Part shown: positions 10,818 to 22,634 of the stretch, piece by piece
Position numbering within the stretch: position 1 is the first letter of the stretch
How the letters are laid out: every line of letters starts with the position of its first letter
NCBI GenBank assembly: GCA_002269645.1
Contig: NIVC01004463.1
Coordinates: 1 to 44,965 of the forward strand
From: Macrostomum lignano
Taxonomy: Eukaryota
Reading direction: 5' to 3'
DNA length: 44,965 bases
Made by a program: the position numbers and the translations under genes
The notes under the pieces: generated by a model
What the model saw: only the letters and a program-made list of their open reading frames with translations
The model's database searches: none
Told to the model about the DNA's origin: nothing

Positions 10818-13800
10818 CTGTTTCTCCTAGGCGCCTCAATTTTACTCAACTTATTTCCCAAAGGAGCTTAATAGCCTAATTCAGCCTGGAATTGTATAAT
10901 AAATTAATAATGCACAATTCATTATTAACATTAGGTAAAGAGAAGGCTAGGTCTGAAAATAAAGCCTTGGATGCAGGAAGTTGCCCCCACAATAGACTTG
11001 CATTCATCCCAGCGTCACTTGTTTAGAAATCAGATTATTACACCATAGTTAATCTATTATTTTCAGCCACAATAGAATTAGTTATATACACAAGTTTGCG
11101 CTATGTAAACACACAAACTTAGCCGTATTAAAATAAAGTCTAGGCAGACGGACGGACGGAACACACCAGGAGGAACGGGGAGACGAAGTACGCACAAAGT
11201 TGGTTTATAATTAAAGTGCAGGACCAGCCGAAATCCAGGCCCAAGCCCAGCGTACACACACCTCCGTCCTCCAATCCAGGGCTCAAGCCCTCCCCTCCCT
11301 AGCCGCATGCATGGCGGCTTCAGAGTTGTGCAAGACTTGCAACGCGCTCCAGACCAAACTGGTTGCGGCTAGGCCAATGGTCATTGATCTCTTCTCTCTC
11401 ATTTTATCTCACGTCTCCTCTTCCCCTTTTCACTCTCCTCTCCTCTCTTCTCTCTCTCATATCCTTTTCCCTCTCCTCTCCTCTCTTTGATCTCTTCTCT
11501 CACATCTCTTTCCTCTTCTCTCTTATATCTTCTTTCTCATCTCATCTCACATCTCCTCTTTCCTCTTCTGTCTTCTCTTTGATCTCCTCTCTCATCTCAT
11601 CTCACATCTCTTCTTTCTTCTTCTCTCTCCTTCTGTTTGCTCTCTTCTCTCTCAGCTCATCTCACATCTCCTCTTTCCTCTTCTCTCTCCTCTCCTTTCT
11701 TCTCTTTTCTCACATTACATCTCACATCTCTTTCCTCTTCTCTCTCCTCTCCTTTCTTCTCTTTTCTCACATTACATCTCACATCTCTTTCCTCTTCTCT
11801 CTCCTCTCCTTTCTTCTCTTTTCTCACATTACATCTCACATATCTTTCCTCTTCTCTCTCCTCTCCTTTCTTCTCTTTTCTCACATTACATCTCACATCT
11901 CTTTCCTCTTCTCTCTCCTCTCCTTTCTTCTCTTTTCTCTCATTACATCTCACATCTCTTTCCTCTTCTCTCTCCTCTCCTTTCTTCTCTTTTCTCTCAT
12001 TACATCTCACATCTCTCCTTTTCTCTCTCCTCGCTATTCCCTCGTCACCTGGCCAGCAACCATGAGGTATTTTCTTTATTTGGCCCTTGAGGTAAAAAGT
12101 TTTGCTGACCCCAGGGACAGAAAAATGATAATAATAACAATAAACAATAGCATTTGTTATTATCAATAGTATCAAATTGTTTACATGCGCCAGCATTGAC
12201 GTCAACAATTCGTCAGAGCGGCGAACAGACGCAAGGAGGGGGGGGGAAGGCTAGTAGCAGACAAGAAAAGCAATGAGCGGTCTCCACAAATGAGGTCGGA
12301 TTTCTTAGTAACACTTAATAATGTATGACTGCTGCTAGCCGGGCGCACACTGACAAGAAACAGGATTCCAGCTGGGTACCAACTCTACGAGTGGCCAACA
12401 TATGGCTTTTAAAATTACTAACCTAATAGACAAAGACGCACGTCTAATACCCAAAGTAATAGACTACGAGTAGGACAAACTTCTAATGAAAAACCTAACA
12501 GACTAAGACAAACTTCTATATCTAACCTAATAGACTAAGAAAAACTTCTAATACCCAACCTACGCTCGTACTAAACTAGAACACACTTCTAATACCCCAC
12601 CTAATAGACTACGGCAAACTTCCAATACGAAACCTAATAGACCAAGACAAACTTCTAATACCCACCTAATAAGCTAAGACAAACTTCTTATATTCAACCT
12701 AATAAGCTAAGACAAACTTCTTATATCCAACCTAATAGGCTAAGACAAACTTCTTATATCCAACCTAATAGACTAAGACGCACTTTTAATATCCAACCTA
12801 ATAGGCTAAGACGCACTTCTAATATCCAACCTAATAGGCTAAGACGCACTTCTAATATCCAACCTAATAGGCTAAGACGCACTTCTAATATCCAACCTAA
12901 TAGGCTAAGACGCACTTCTAATATCCAACCTAATAGGCTAAGACGCACTTCTAATATCCAACCTAATAGGCTAAGACGCACTTCTAATATCCAACCTAAT
13001 AGACTAAGACGCACTTCTAACACAAAACCTAATAGACTAAGACGCACTTCTAACACAAAACCTAATAGACTGAGACAAACTTCTAGTATGAAACCTAATA
13101 CGCAAGCTTCCAGCTGGCAATTAGCCAACACTCCAAGTAGGAAACATTTTTAGCAACAATAATGAATAACCAATGAATCACATATTTTTCAGCAAGATTA
13201 AACCTGAGTAAGCTTACATTTTTAGCAACCCCAGCGTCAATATGAATTCGCGGCGGGTTTGCTAGTAATAAATAAACTGCTAACAAACTCAGTGGCAAAG
13301 TTCCAAAGTTCCAAAGGCACAAGGAGAGGTGGATAGAGATTGGTATGCAAAGATTGCCAACAATTTCTCCGTATCAAACGCATGCACGCGCGCAGACAAG
13401 CGACAAGCTAACGGACTGACGCAGAAAATACGCATTTTTACGCGTCAGCTCCGGTCACACAGTGACAAGACACGCACGCACAGGCCTGTGCGGGTACAGA
13501 ATCGAGTCAGTACAAGCTAAGCGAGGGCCTGGCCAGTTAGAAAAAGTTTATAGTCTTAACACCTGGATTATTTAGAAGGCAATGTATTGTAGCAATAGAA
13601 AAATAAGTCTATTTGTTGTATGCATAAAAGTTAAGTGACAGGGACCAGAACACCAGACAGACAGTTCAGTGACAGGGACCAGATCACCAGACAGACAGTT
13701 CAGTGACAGGGATCAGATTACCAGACAGACAGTTCAGTGACAGGGACCAGATCACCAGACAGACAGTTAAGTGACAGGGACCAGATCACCAGACAGACAG

Positions 13801-16800
13801 TTCAGTGACAGGGACCAGATCACCAGACAGACAGTTCAGTGACAGGGACCAGATCACCAGACGGACAGTTCAGTGACAGGGACCAGATCACCAGACAGAC
13901 AGTTAAGTGACAGGGACCAGATCACCAGACAGACAGTTCAGTGACAGGGAACAGATCACCAGACAGACAGTTCAGTGACAGGGACCAGATCACCAGACAC
14001 AGTTCAGTGACAGGGACCAGATCACCAGACAGACAGTTAAGTGACAGGGACCAGATCATCAGACAGACAGTTAAGTGACAGGGACCAGATCACCAGACAC
14101 AGTTCAGTGACAGGGACCAGATCACCAGACAGACAGTTCAGTGACAGGGACCAGATCACCAGACAGACAGTTAAGTGACAGGGACCAGATCACCAGACAG
14201 ACAGTTAAGTGACAGGGACCAGATCACCAGACAGACAGTTAAGTGACAGGGACCAGATCACCAGACAGACAGTTCAGTGACAGGGACCAGATCACCAGAC
14301 AGACAGTTCAGTGACAGGGACCAGATCACCAGACGGACAGTTCAGTGACAGGGACCAGATCACCAGACAGACAGTTAAGTGACAGGGACCAGATCACCAG
14401 ACAGACAGTTAAGTGACAGGGACCAGATCACCAGACAGACAGTTAAGTGACAGGGACCAGATCACCAGACAGACAGTTCAGTGACAGGGACCAGATCACC
14501 AGACAGACAGTTCAGTGACAGGGACCAGATCACCAGACGGACAGTTCAGTGACAGGGACCAGATCACCAGACAGACAGTTAAGTGACAGGGACCAGATCA
14601 CCAGACAGACAGTTCAGTGACAGGGAACAGATCACCAGACAGACAGTTCAGTGACAGGGACCAGATCACCAGACACAGTTCAGTGACAGGGACCAGATCA
14701 CCAGACAGACAGTTAAGTGACAGGGACCAGATCACCAGACAGACAGTTAAGTGACAGGGACCAGATCACCAGACAGACAGTTCAGTGACAGGGAACAGAT
14801 CACCAGACAGACAGTTCAGTGACAGGGACCAGATCACCAGACACAGTTCAGTGACAGGGACCAGATCACCAGACAGACAGTTAAGTGACAGGGACCAGAT
14901 CACCAGACGGACAGTTAAGTGACAGGGACCAGATCACCAGACGGACAGTTCAGTGACAGGGACCAGATCACCAGACAGACAGTTAAGTGACAGGGACCAG
15001 ATCACCAGACAGACAGTTAAGTGACAGGGACCAGATCACCAGACAGACAGTTCAGTGACAGGGAACAGATCACCAGACAGACAGTTCAGTGACAGGGACC
15101 AGATCACCAGACAGACAGTTCAGTGACAGGGACCAGATCACCAGACGGACAGTTCAGTGACAGGGACCAGATCACCAGACAGACAGTTAAGTGACAGGGA
15201 CCAGATCACCAGACAGACAGTTCAGTGACAGGGAACAGATCACCAGACAGACAGTTCAGTGACAGGGACCAGATCACCAGACACAGTTCAGTGACAGGGA
15301 CCAGATCACCAGACAGACAGTTAAGTGACAGGGACCAGATCACCAGACGGACAGTTAAGTGACAGGGACCAGATCACCAGACGGACAGTGACGCAATAAT
15401 AAAGGACAAGAACACGAACCCTCTTCTGTGCCTCCAGCCGCGGCAGGCTTGGTCACAGGCTTCGGATGGTCAACCAGCACGAAGCGATGCTGCAGAAGGA
15501 ACACAACCCGCTTCAATCGATATTCTTCATTAATACTGCGCAGCGGCAGTGTTTTGCTAGCCTTCATCACAAACAATCGATTATTAAACAGATAGACTCG
15601 GCGCTCTTGAAACCGGCCGGCCCGTTCCATCTGGTACAGGGTGCCCTCCTTGTAGAAGATTGTACAGCGCGGCTTGGCCAGATCGAGCTCCGGCGCCGAC
15701 CGGGTCATTGAGCGCAGCTGGGCGAGTTTCTTACTGCAGGCCCGGTCCGTGTGCATGGAGTCTGGCGCGCTCATCGATGCGTGAAAGAACAGCCTGGAGG
15801 CCAGCGGATTCAACAGCACAGAGCGCTGCTGCTGGTTAGACATCCGACTGGCCGCACCTGAAGCCGCCGCTGCTGCAACAACAGACGCCGATTCTTCAAT
15901 GTCGGAGCCGCCAGTCGGACTGACGCTTAGCGACACGGAGTCGTCGCCGTTGCTACCGACGCCAGGAAGGGAAGCAGGCGAGACGGTCGCTGCTGGCACC
16001 GGCCGACGCTCAAACTCGTCAAGTGTCCGTTTAACCCGATGACTAGTGGACACTAGGATGGATCTGGTCTGCACTATAGTGTCCCGATCGTCGCTGCACA
16101 CCTCAACAGGTAGGGACGATGAGGATCGACGCCTATCGGCATTATACCCGCTGGTGACTGGACTGCCGCACAAGGATGGCTGCTGCTGGCTAGCCGCATC
16201 TGCATCGTCGGCAGACTCTAATTCCGCTCCACCAGAAGAAGCAGACCTAGCAGTGGACGAGCCGTTTCTACAATGCCACATATTCTTCTCTTGCAACTGT
16301 TCAAATCTCTCCAATATCCTGTCGTAGTACAAGAAGTGATAAACTGGCACTAGCAGCAGTTTCGGCAGCAGATACCGGCAGGCCAGCAGCATCACGGCCC
16401 GGAGCTCTTCGCCCTGCTCCAAGCCGGCTGGCGAGGCTGAACTCGAAGCGCATGTAGTTGCAGTTGACAGGGAAGTCAGAGTAGCCGTCGAGGAGGCAGC
16501 TGATACAGAATCCGACACCTGATGATGATGATGATGTGAATAAAAATTGAGATGATTCTGAGCCGAAGATCCATCTGCGTCGGAGTTCTTCTTGGAAGCT
16601 GCCCCTGCCGCAGGCGGAGGCACGGGGGCAGGGCAGGAAGACAGAAGGGAATAATAGCTGAGGTGCCCAGCCGCCTGCAGCTCGATCTCCCGGCCGACTG
16701 TTTCGAATTTCTCCTTAACCAAACTGTTTCCCAACAATTCGAATAGGCGATCGCGGCATTTGACGGACAATACGTCCTGGGCGTACTTGGCGTAGCTGTC

Positions 16801-19800
16801 AAAGTGGCCCTCTTCGGACAGCTCGTAGAAGCAGTGCCCGATTGGCGGGTGCTCAGTAATATTGCGACTATCGTCAAGAGCAACATAGAGAAAGTTTGTA
16901 CACTCGGTGATGGCTGATAATGCGCTAAATATGGTGTCAACATCGGGCGAGCTGGGGCACAGGTCCACTAGAGGTTGTTTAAACAGCTGGCCAATAATCT
17001 GCAGTTGCTGGGCAAATGTTTCCTCAAAGTAGATTAACTCGTTAATTGCTCGGCGATATTCAGTAGGGAAAGTGGCCATGTAGTCTTGTGGCCATGTAGA
17101 CTCGGCCGGTGCGGATGCCTGATTGGAGAAGAATGTGTCCACTACGATCTGCAGGTGTTGGGGAATCGGGGATGAGGCATGTTTGGCTGCAGAAATTGGC
17201 CTCTTTTGCTAACGAACCTCTGTCTATTGTCTGAAATACTTGCTTAGGACAAGTAGTAAGGACCTGAGGTCAGGGGTAGCTAGTAGCTCATTGAGAAGGA
17301 CCTGAGGTCAGGGGTAGCTAGTAGCTCATTGAGAAGGACCTGAGGTCAGGGGTAGCTAGTAGCTCATTGAGAAGGACCTGAGGTCAGGGGTAGCTAGTAG
17401 CTCATTGAGAAGGACCTGAGGTCAGGGGTAGCTAGTAGCTCATTGAGAAGGACCTGAGGTCAGGGGTAGCTAGTAGCTCATTGAGAAGGACCTGAGGTCA
17501 GGGGTAGCTAGTAGCTCATTGAGAAGGACCTGAGGTCAGGGGTAGCTAGTAGCTCATTGAGAAGGACCTGAGGTCAGGGGTAGCTAGTAGCTCATTGAGA
17601 AGGACCTGAGGTCAGGGGTAGCTAGTAGCTCATTGAGAAGGACCTGAGGTCAGGGGTAGCTAGTAGCTCATTGAGAAGGACCTGAGGTCAGGGGTAGCTA
17701 GTAGCTCATTGAGAAGGACCTGAGGTCAGGGGTAGCTAGTAGCTCATTGAGAAGGACCTGAGGTCAGGGGTAGCTAGTAGCTCATTGAGAAGGACCTGAG
17801 GTCAGGGGTAGCTAGTAGCTCATTGAGAAGGACCTGAGGTCAGGGGTAGCTAGTAGCTCATTGAGAAGGACCTGAGGTCAGGGGTAGCTAGTAGCTCATT
17901 GAGAAGGACCTGAGGTCAGGGGTAGCTAGTAGCTCATTGAGAAGGACCTGAGGTCAGGGGTAGCTAGTAGCTCATTGAGAAGGACCTGAGGTCAGGGGTA
18001 GCTAGTAGCTCATTGAGAAGGATCTGAGGTCAGGGGTAGCTAGTAGCTCATTGAGAAGGACCTGAGGTCAGGGGTAGCTAGTAGCTCATTGAGAAGGACC
18101 TGAGGTCAGGGGTAGCTAGTAGCTCATTGAGAAGGACCTGAGGTCAGGGGTAGCTAGTAGCTCATTGAGAAGGACCTGAGGTCAGGGGTAGCTAGTAGCT
18201 CATTGAGAAGGACCTGAGGTCAGGGGTAGCTAGTAGCTCATTGAGAAGGACCTGAGGTCAGGGGTAGCTAGTAGCTCATTGAGAAGGACCTGAGGTCAGG
18301 GGTAGCTAGTAGCTCATTGAGAAGGACCTGAGGTCAGGGGTAGCTAGTAGCTCATTGAGAAGGACCTGAGGTCAGGGGTAGCTAGTAGCTCATTGAGAAG
18401 GACCTGAGGTCAGGGGTAGCTAGTAGCTCATTGAGAAGGACCTGAGGTCAGGGGTAGCTAGTAGCTCATTGAGAAGGACCTGAGGTCAGGGGTAGCTAGT
18501 AGCTCATTGAGAAGGACCTGAGGTCAGGGGTAGCTAGTAGCTCATTGAGAAGGACCTGAGGTCAGGGGTAGCTAGTAGCTCATTGAGAAGGACCTGAGGT
18601 CAGGGGTAGCTAGTAGCTCATTGAGAAGGACCTGAGGTCAGGGGTAGCTAGTAGCTCATTGAGAAGGACCTGAGGTCAGGGGTAGCTAGTAGCTCATTGA
18701 GAAGGACCTGAGGTCAGGGGTAGCTAGTAGCTCATTGAGAAGGACCTGAGGTCAGGGGTAGCTAGTAGCTCATTGAGAAGGACCTGAGGTCAGGGGTAGC
18801 TAGTAGCTCATTGAGAAGGACCTGAGGTCAGGGGTAGCTAGTAGCTCATTGAGAAGGATCTGAGGTCAGGGGTAGCTAGTAGCTCATTGAGAAGGACCTG
18901 AGGTCAGGGGTAGCTAGTAGCTCATTGAGAAGGACCTGAGGTCAGGGGTAGCTAGTAGCTCATTGAGAAGGATCTGAGGTCAGGGGTAGCTAGTAGCTCA
19001 TTGAGAAGGACCTGAGGTCAGGGGTAGCTAGTAGCTCATTGAGAAGGATCTGAGGTCAGGGGTAGCTAGTAGCTCATTGAGAAGGACCTGAGGTCAGGGG
19101 TAGCTAGTAGCTCATTGAGAAGGACCTGAGGTCAGGGGTAGCTAGTAGCTCATTGAGAAGGATCTGAGGTCAGGGGTAGCTAGTAGCTCATTGAGAAGGA
19201 TCTGAGGTCAGGGGTAGCAGCTAATTGGGAAGGACCTGAGGTCAGGGGTAGCAGCTCATTGAGAAGGACCTGAGGTGGGTAGCTAGTAGCTCATTGAGAA
19301 GGATCTGAGGTCAGGGGTAGCAGCTCATTGGGAAGGACCTGAGGTCAGGGGTAGCAGCTCATTGAGAAGGACCTGAGGTGGGTAGCTAGTAGCTGATTGA
19401 GAAGGATCTGAGGTCAGGGGTAGCAGCTCATTGAGAAGGATCTGAGGTCAGGTGTAGTAGCTCATTGAGAAGGATCTGAGGTCAGGGGTAGTAGCTCATT
19501 GAGAAGGATCTGAGGTCAGGGGTAGCAGCTCATTGGGAAGGATCTGACGTCAGGGATAGCCAGGAGACTTACCCTAATGTCGACTTTCTTAATGTCGTTA
19601 ACCTTAATCTTGATCATGTAGGTGAGGGACACGCGCAGGATTTCGCACAGCACGAACTCGGTGACTAGAACAATAAACAGACAGACTATCTCGTCGCATC
19701 GTACAGACTTGTGAACAGAATCGTAAAGTGTCGAATTTTTCTTTTTCTTTCGCATTGCCTGATCGCGCAGTTCATTGATTTGCTCCTGGTCAAGGCTGCA

Positions 19801-20106
19801 AGAGGCGAAGACTTGGCCGAGTTTCTCCTCGGCCTCATAGATGTCGCTGGGAGCCTGGGGCTCAAACAGAGTGGCCAGTTTTTCAATTGCATAGTTCTCC
19901 AGGTACTCTTGAGCATCATCGGCTATTGTGTAACTTAATCTGGATTGCTCGTGAACTCGTTTAAATAACCGACAGATTGCCGGCTTGAGGCGGCCGCGCA
20001 AATGACGACGAAATGGATCAACAGACTGCTGCTGCTGTTGCTGGCTATGTTGCAATGTTGAAGCACTGCTTAACAATGACTGCTGAGATGGGTATCTGCC
20101 TTTCAT
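1560..20106 (-). CDS. SOS: Son of sevenless homologue (histone-fold, DH, PH, REM, CDC25 RasGEF); exons 20106-19573, 17208-15420, 8568-8406, 8267-8184, 7743-7431, 6989-6825, 6740-6367 (1-nt frameshift near 6520), 5350-4958, 2090-1560
   Basis: The domain order histone-fold/DH/PH/REM/CDC25 is diagnostic of SOS. Recognised segments: [13 protein letters not shown] (histone fold), [28 protein letters not shown] (DH), [12 protein letters not shown] and [10 protein letters not shown] (PH), [25 protein letters not shown] (REM), [17 protein letters not shown] and ACVP (CDC25). All junctions are GT-AG and phase-consistent except exon 6740-6367 (374 nt, one base short). About 1448 aa if corrected. Further exons left of the window are possible. 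Confidence 0.9.
2165..4947. repeat. 25-bp minisatellite (CAGTCCTTATCCAGAGTGGGGGAGA), ~104 copies from 2340, with degenerate copies at 2165-2340; fills SOS intron 2091-4957
   Basis: Direct reading; 25-aa periodicity in three stop-free frames. Confidence 0.97.
5510..6357. repeat. 20-bp minisatellite (ACACCTACAGACACATAGCA) in SOS intron 5351-6366
   Basis: Direct reading. Confidence 0.93.
7075..7400. repeat. Degenerate (AATC)n/(AACC)n microsatellite in SOS intron 6990-7430
   Basis: Direct reading. Confidence 0.9.
7870..8095. repeat. Degenerate 19-bp minisatellite (AGATGTTACATGATCCCAG) in SOS intron 7744-8183
   Basis: Successive 19-nt units read directly. Confidence 0.8.
8720..9200. repeat. Degenerate 23-bp minisatellite (TTAGAAGGGCGATTTCTCACAGA) with a 46-bp dimer in the middle
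   Basis: Direct reading. Confidence 0.85.
9872..9905 (+). mobile_element. Possible solo right end of a hAT/Charlie-like element (GTGGCCCGCGGGCTGGATTTTGCCGACCCCTG); a similar motif lies at ~12083-12114
   Basis: Resembles, from memory, hAT MITE termini of the ..TGGCCC..TTTGCCGACCCCTG type. No matching left end or TSD was found. Confidence 0.35.
10505..10813. repeat. (TGTC)n microsatellite with TTAGTG interruptions
   Basis: Direct reading. Confidence 0.95.
11390..12030. repeat. Polypyrimidine low-complexity tract resolving into a 57-bp tandem unit at ~11660-12020
   Basis: Direct reading; 19-aa ORF periodicity. Confidence 0.9.
12470..13100. repeat. 33-bp minisatellite (TTCTAATATCCAACCTAATAGGCTAAGACGCAC), degenerate on its left side
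   Basis: Direct reading; 11-aa ORF periodicity. Confidence 0.92.
13635..15390. repeat. 34-bp minisatellite (GTGACAGGGACCAGATCACCAGACAGACAGTT(C/A)A), ~52 copies
   Basis: Direct reading; occasional 30-bp variants lack one ACAG. Confidence 0.97.
17258..19560. repeat. 38-bp minisatellite (AAGGACCTGAGGTCAGGGGTAGCTAGTAGCTCATTGAG), ~51 near-perfect copies plus ~10 degenerate; fills SOS intron 17209-19572
   Basis: Direct reading. Confidence 0.98.
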
Positions 20107-20940
20107 TGGCACAGCAGCCCCAGTGCGGCTGGCGTTTTGTTTAATAAACTGTCTAGTAGGCCTGGCCAGTTAGCTCAGTAGTCGAAGCAATCTAGACACA
20201 ATCAGGGCCTCAAATATATGAACAGAACCAAACTATATTGCAATCTATATGGAATATCTGAATTTCTGTAATTGGGCAATTTATTTTTACTATTTTTGTA
20301 TACTATTAGATTTTTAGTTTTATTAAATATTTGACGCATAAGGCATATTTAAACAAATTATTAGCATTTCGAAATCTAATTGAAAATATATCTAAAACAA
20401 ATATAATTATAAGCAAATGAGAAATAAGCCATACTATTTTTTACTTAAATCTATCTCCTTTTGATAAAGGTAATCAATTTATATCTTTTATAATAAATGA
20501 CTAATGCAAAAATAATACAAATGGCTTAATTTAGAGGAATTAAAGGTTTCCTTGCTTTTGCATTTTGGGGTTTATTTTTTATATTAGGCCAAGAGAATTT
20601 ATATCATTCTATAGCTATGCCTACTATAGACATAGGATTATTAGTAGATTCAATAGGTAATAACCAAAAGCAAGGCTATATTATATAAGTTTGAATACTC
20701 ATGAGTCATATAAGCTTATATTTCTGTTAAACCAATACTAGCATTATATATATGGCATATATATGCCAAGACAAAAATGACAACCTATTTAAGGCTTGCA
20801 ATTATTTTTTTTGCAAAAAAGGTAATTAAAATTTGTCTAATATTTTTTTAATTTTTTGTTTAATTTTTAAAGTGTTACTATATAAAACTTAAACTTGGTC
20901 ATTTTTGTATGCCAACAAGGCCTAGATGTATATTTGTTGG

Positions 20941-21707
20941 TAGTGATGGATCGAAATTCGATTTTGATTTTGATATTCCGAATTTTGAAACTAATTTTGC
21001 ATCAAAATAATTTTGATTTCAATTTCAAATTTTGACACCATTCATCAAAAATCATTTCAAAATTTTGGTTATATTTTAACAATTCAGACATTGATGATCA
21101 TGCTACACGAGTAATAAAATATATAGGAAGTGAAAAGAAGCGCAGTTTAAAGACTCAGTAGGGAGGTGAGAATTGCCTTTTCTAGAATACAAGAAAAGAT
21201 TATGTAGGGCACACACTGTTCCAGGCCTTGTGCTGCACCCACCTCAACCTCCACAAGCCCATTGGCTGAACTCATTAGCGTGGATTTTAATTGGCTAAAG
21301 ACTTAAAGCCTTAATGAAATGGATATAGGCTACTCGTATCTAGATCTTTAGCTTAAACAGCGGTGAAGTATAATACAACTTCTACTATATTTCTATATAT
21401 GAGTGTATTAATACATAATACACCAGCATTTTCTATTTTGTATTTTTAAAGTAAGTTAAATATTAAGTATTCTGGTTTAAACATATCAAAGATACTTTTT
21501 ATAAAACATGTAAGCTCATACATGCAGAGGCAAGGTGTTGACCTTTTTGCATGATTAGCGAAAAAGTAAAAATTTGTTAAGCTCAAAAAATTTCAATTTC
21601 AATTTCAATTTCAATTTTGATTTTGATTTTAATTTTGATTTCAATTCTAAGGAACCAAAAATTTCAATTTTGATTTTGATTTGAAAAATAATTTTGATCC
21701 ATCACTA
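20941..21707. mobile_element. Non-autonomous hAT-type DNA transposon (MITE), 767 bp
   Basis: 18-bp TIRs TAGTGATGGATC(G/A)AAATT with 1 mismatch; exact 8-bp direct repeat TTTGTTGG at 20933-20940 and 21708-21715; subterminal ATTTTG/TTTCAA repeats. An 8-bp TSD with short TIRs is the hAT signature. Confidence 0.85.
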
Positions 21708-22041
21708 TTTGTTGGGATTTAAAACTTGGTCCTACCTATTATCTTAGCAGTCTCTATGAAAAGCTATAATGCTAAACCTATCAATGAGTCTAAAAATTGC
21801 AAAAAAATATTTGTAATTTACAAATTATATTTTGGATTATCACAGCCAAAAATCATCTTAATCTAATTCTTAAAAAAACAATTCTAACATATTAGGTTCT
21901 AGGCCTAGTCTTTTAGTTCTACTAAAGAATAAAGACAATTTGACCTAATGTAAATCATTAGATTTTATACTGTCATTTTATATTGCATGGCAAAACATTT
22001 ATGATATAAAAAATAAGTTACATATTGTGTATAAAATCAAA

Positions 22042-22634
22042 GGCAGTGCTTATCCCCACGGTACCGTAGGAATAATTTCTGTCTTATTCCAACGGTACCG
22101 TGGGGATAATTTTCTGCTTATCCGCATAGCACACTAATGAGATAGCTGCCCCATCTTCTACGTATGCCGTGGGTTCATAATTTAGTTTAGTACTTATGGT
22201 TTGAGTGCAGTATAACAACATAACTTTGCTTGGCCATTATTTTTATAAAAGTAAAGATTTAATGGCCTTTTTACGCAAAAAAACACTTTTTTATATTTAT
22301 GACGTATGATTTAAGATGAATTGCTCTAGTAATTATTTACAATTTAAGAACTTTTAGCAACTAGTCTAATCCCAACATCCCCGAAAAGTCCATTGCTGCT
22401 GCTTCTGTAGACTTCTTACTAGACATGTAAATTCTCAATTTGTTTGTATAGATTATTGCATTGCTTCAACAATTCACCCATGCGGATAAGCAGAAAATTA
22501 TTCCCACGGCATATGTAGAAGATGGGGCAGCTATCTCATCAATGTGCCATGCGGATAAGCAGAAAATTATCCCCACGGTACCGTTGGAATAAGACAGAAA
22601 TTATTCCTACGGTACCGTGGGGATAAGCACTGCC
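22042..22634. mobile_element. Non-autonomous Mutator/foldback-type DNA transposon (MITE), 593 bp
   Basis: 132-bp TIRs (22042-22173 and 22503-22634, 4 mismatches) beginning GGCAGTGCTTATCCCC; exact 9-bp direct repeat AAAATCAAA at 22033-22041 and 22635-22643. Confidence 0.88.

Noticed and set aside
17258-19560. Regular repeats considered as CRISPR arrays or iterons
   Set aside because: Units are head-to-tail with no unique spacers, there are no cas genes, and the context is spliceosomal introns.
2091-19572. Idea that the arrays created the introns (intron gain by tandem duplication of AGGT)
   Set aside because: The donors and acceptors are unique sequence distinct from the repeat units, and the exon flanks are not duplicated; the arrays look like later growth inside existing introns.
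20159-20190. GGCCAGTTAGCTCAGTAG resembles a tRNA 5' end or Pol III A-box; the 15-mer GGCCTGGCCAGTTAG recurs at 13527-13541
   Set aside because: No B-box (GTTCRA), T-arm or cloverleaf follows. A single 15-mer match is too little to call a tRNA or SINE.
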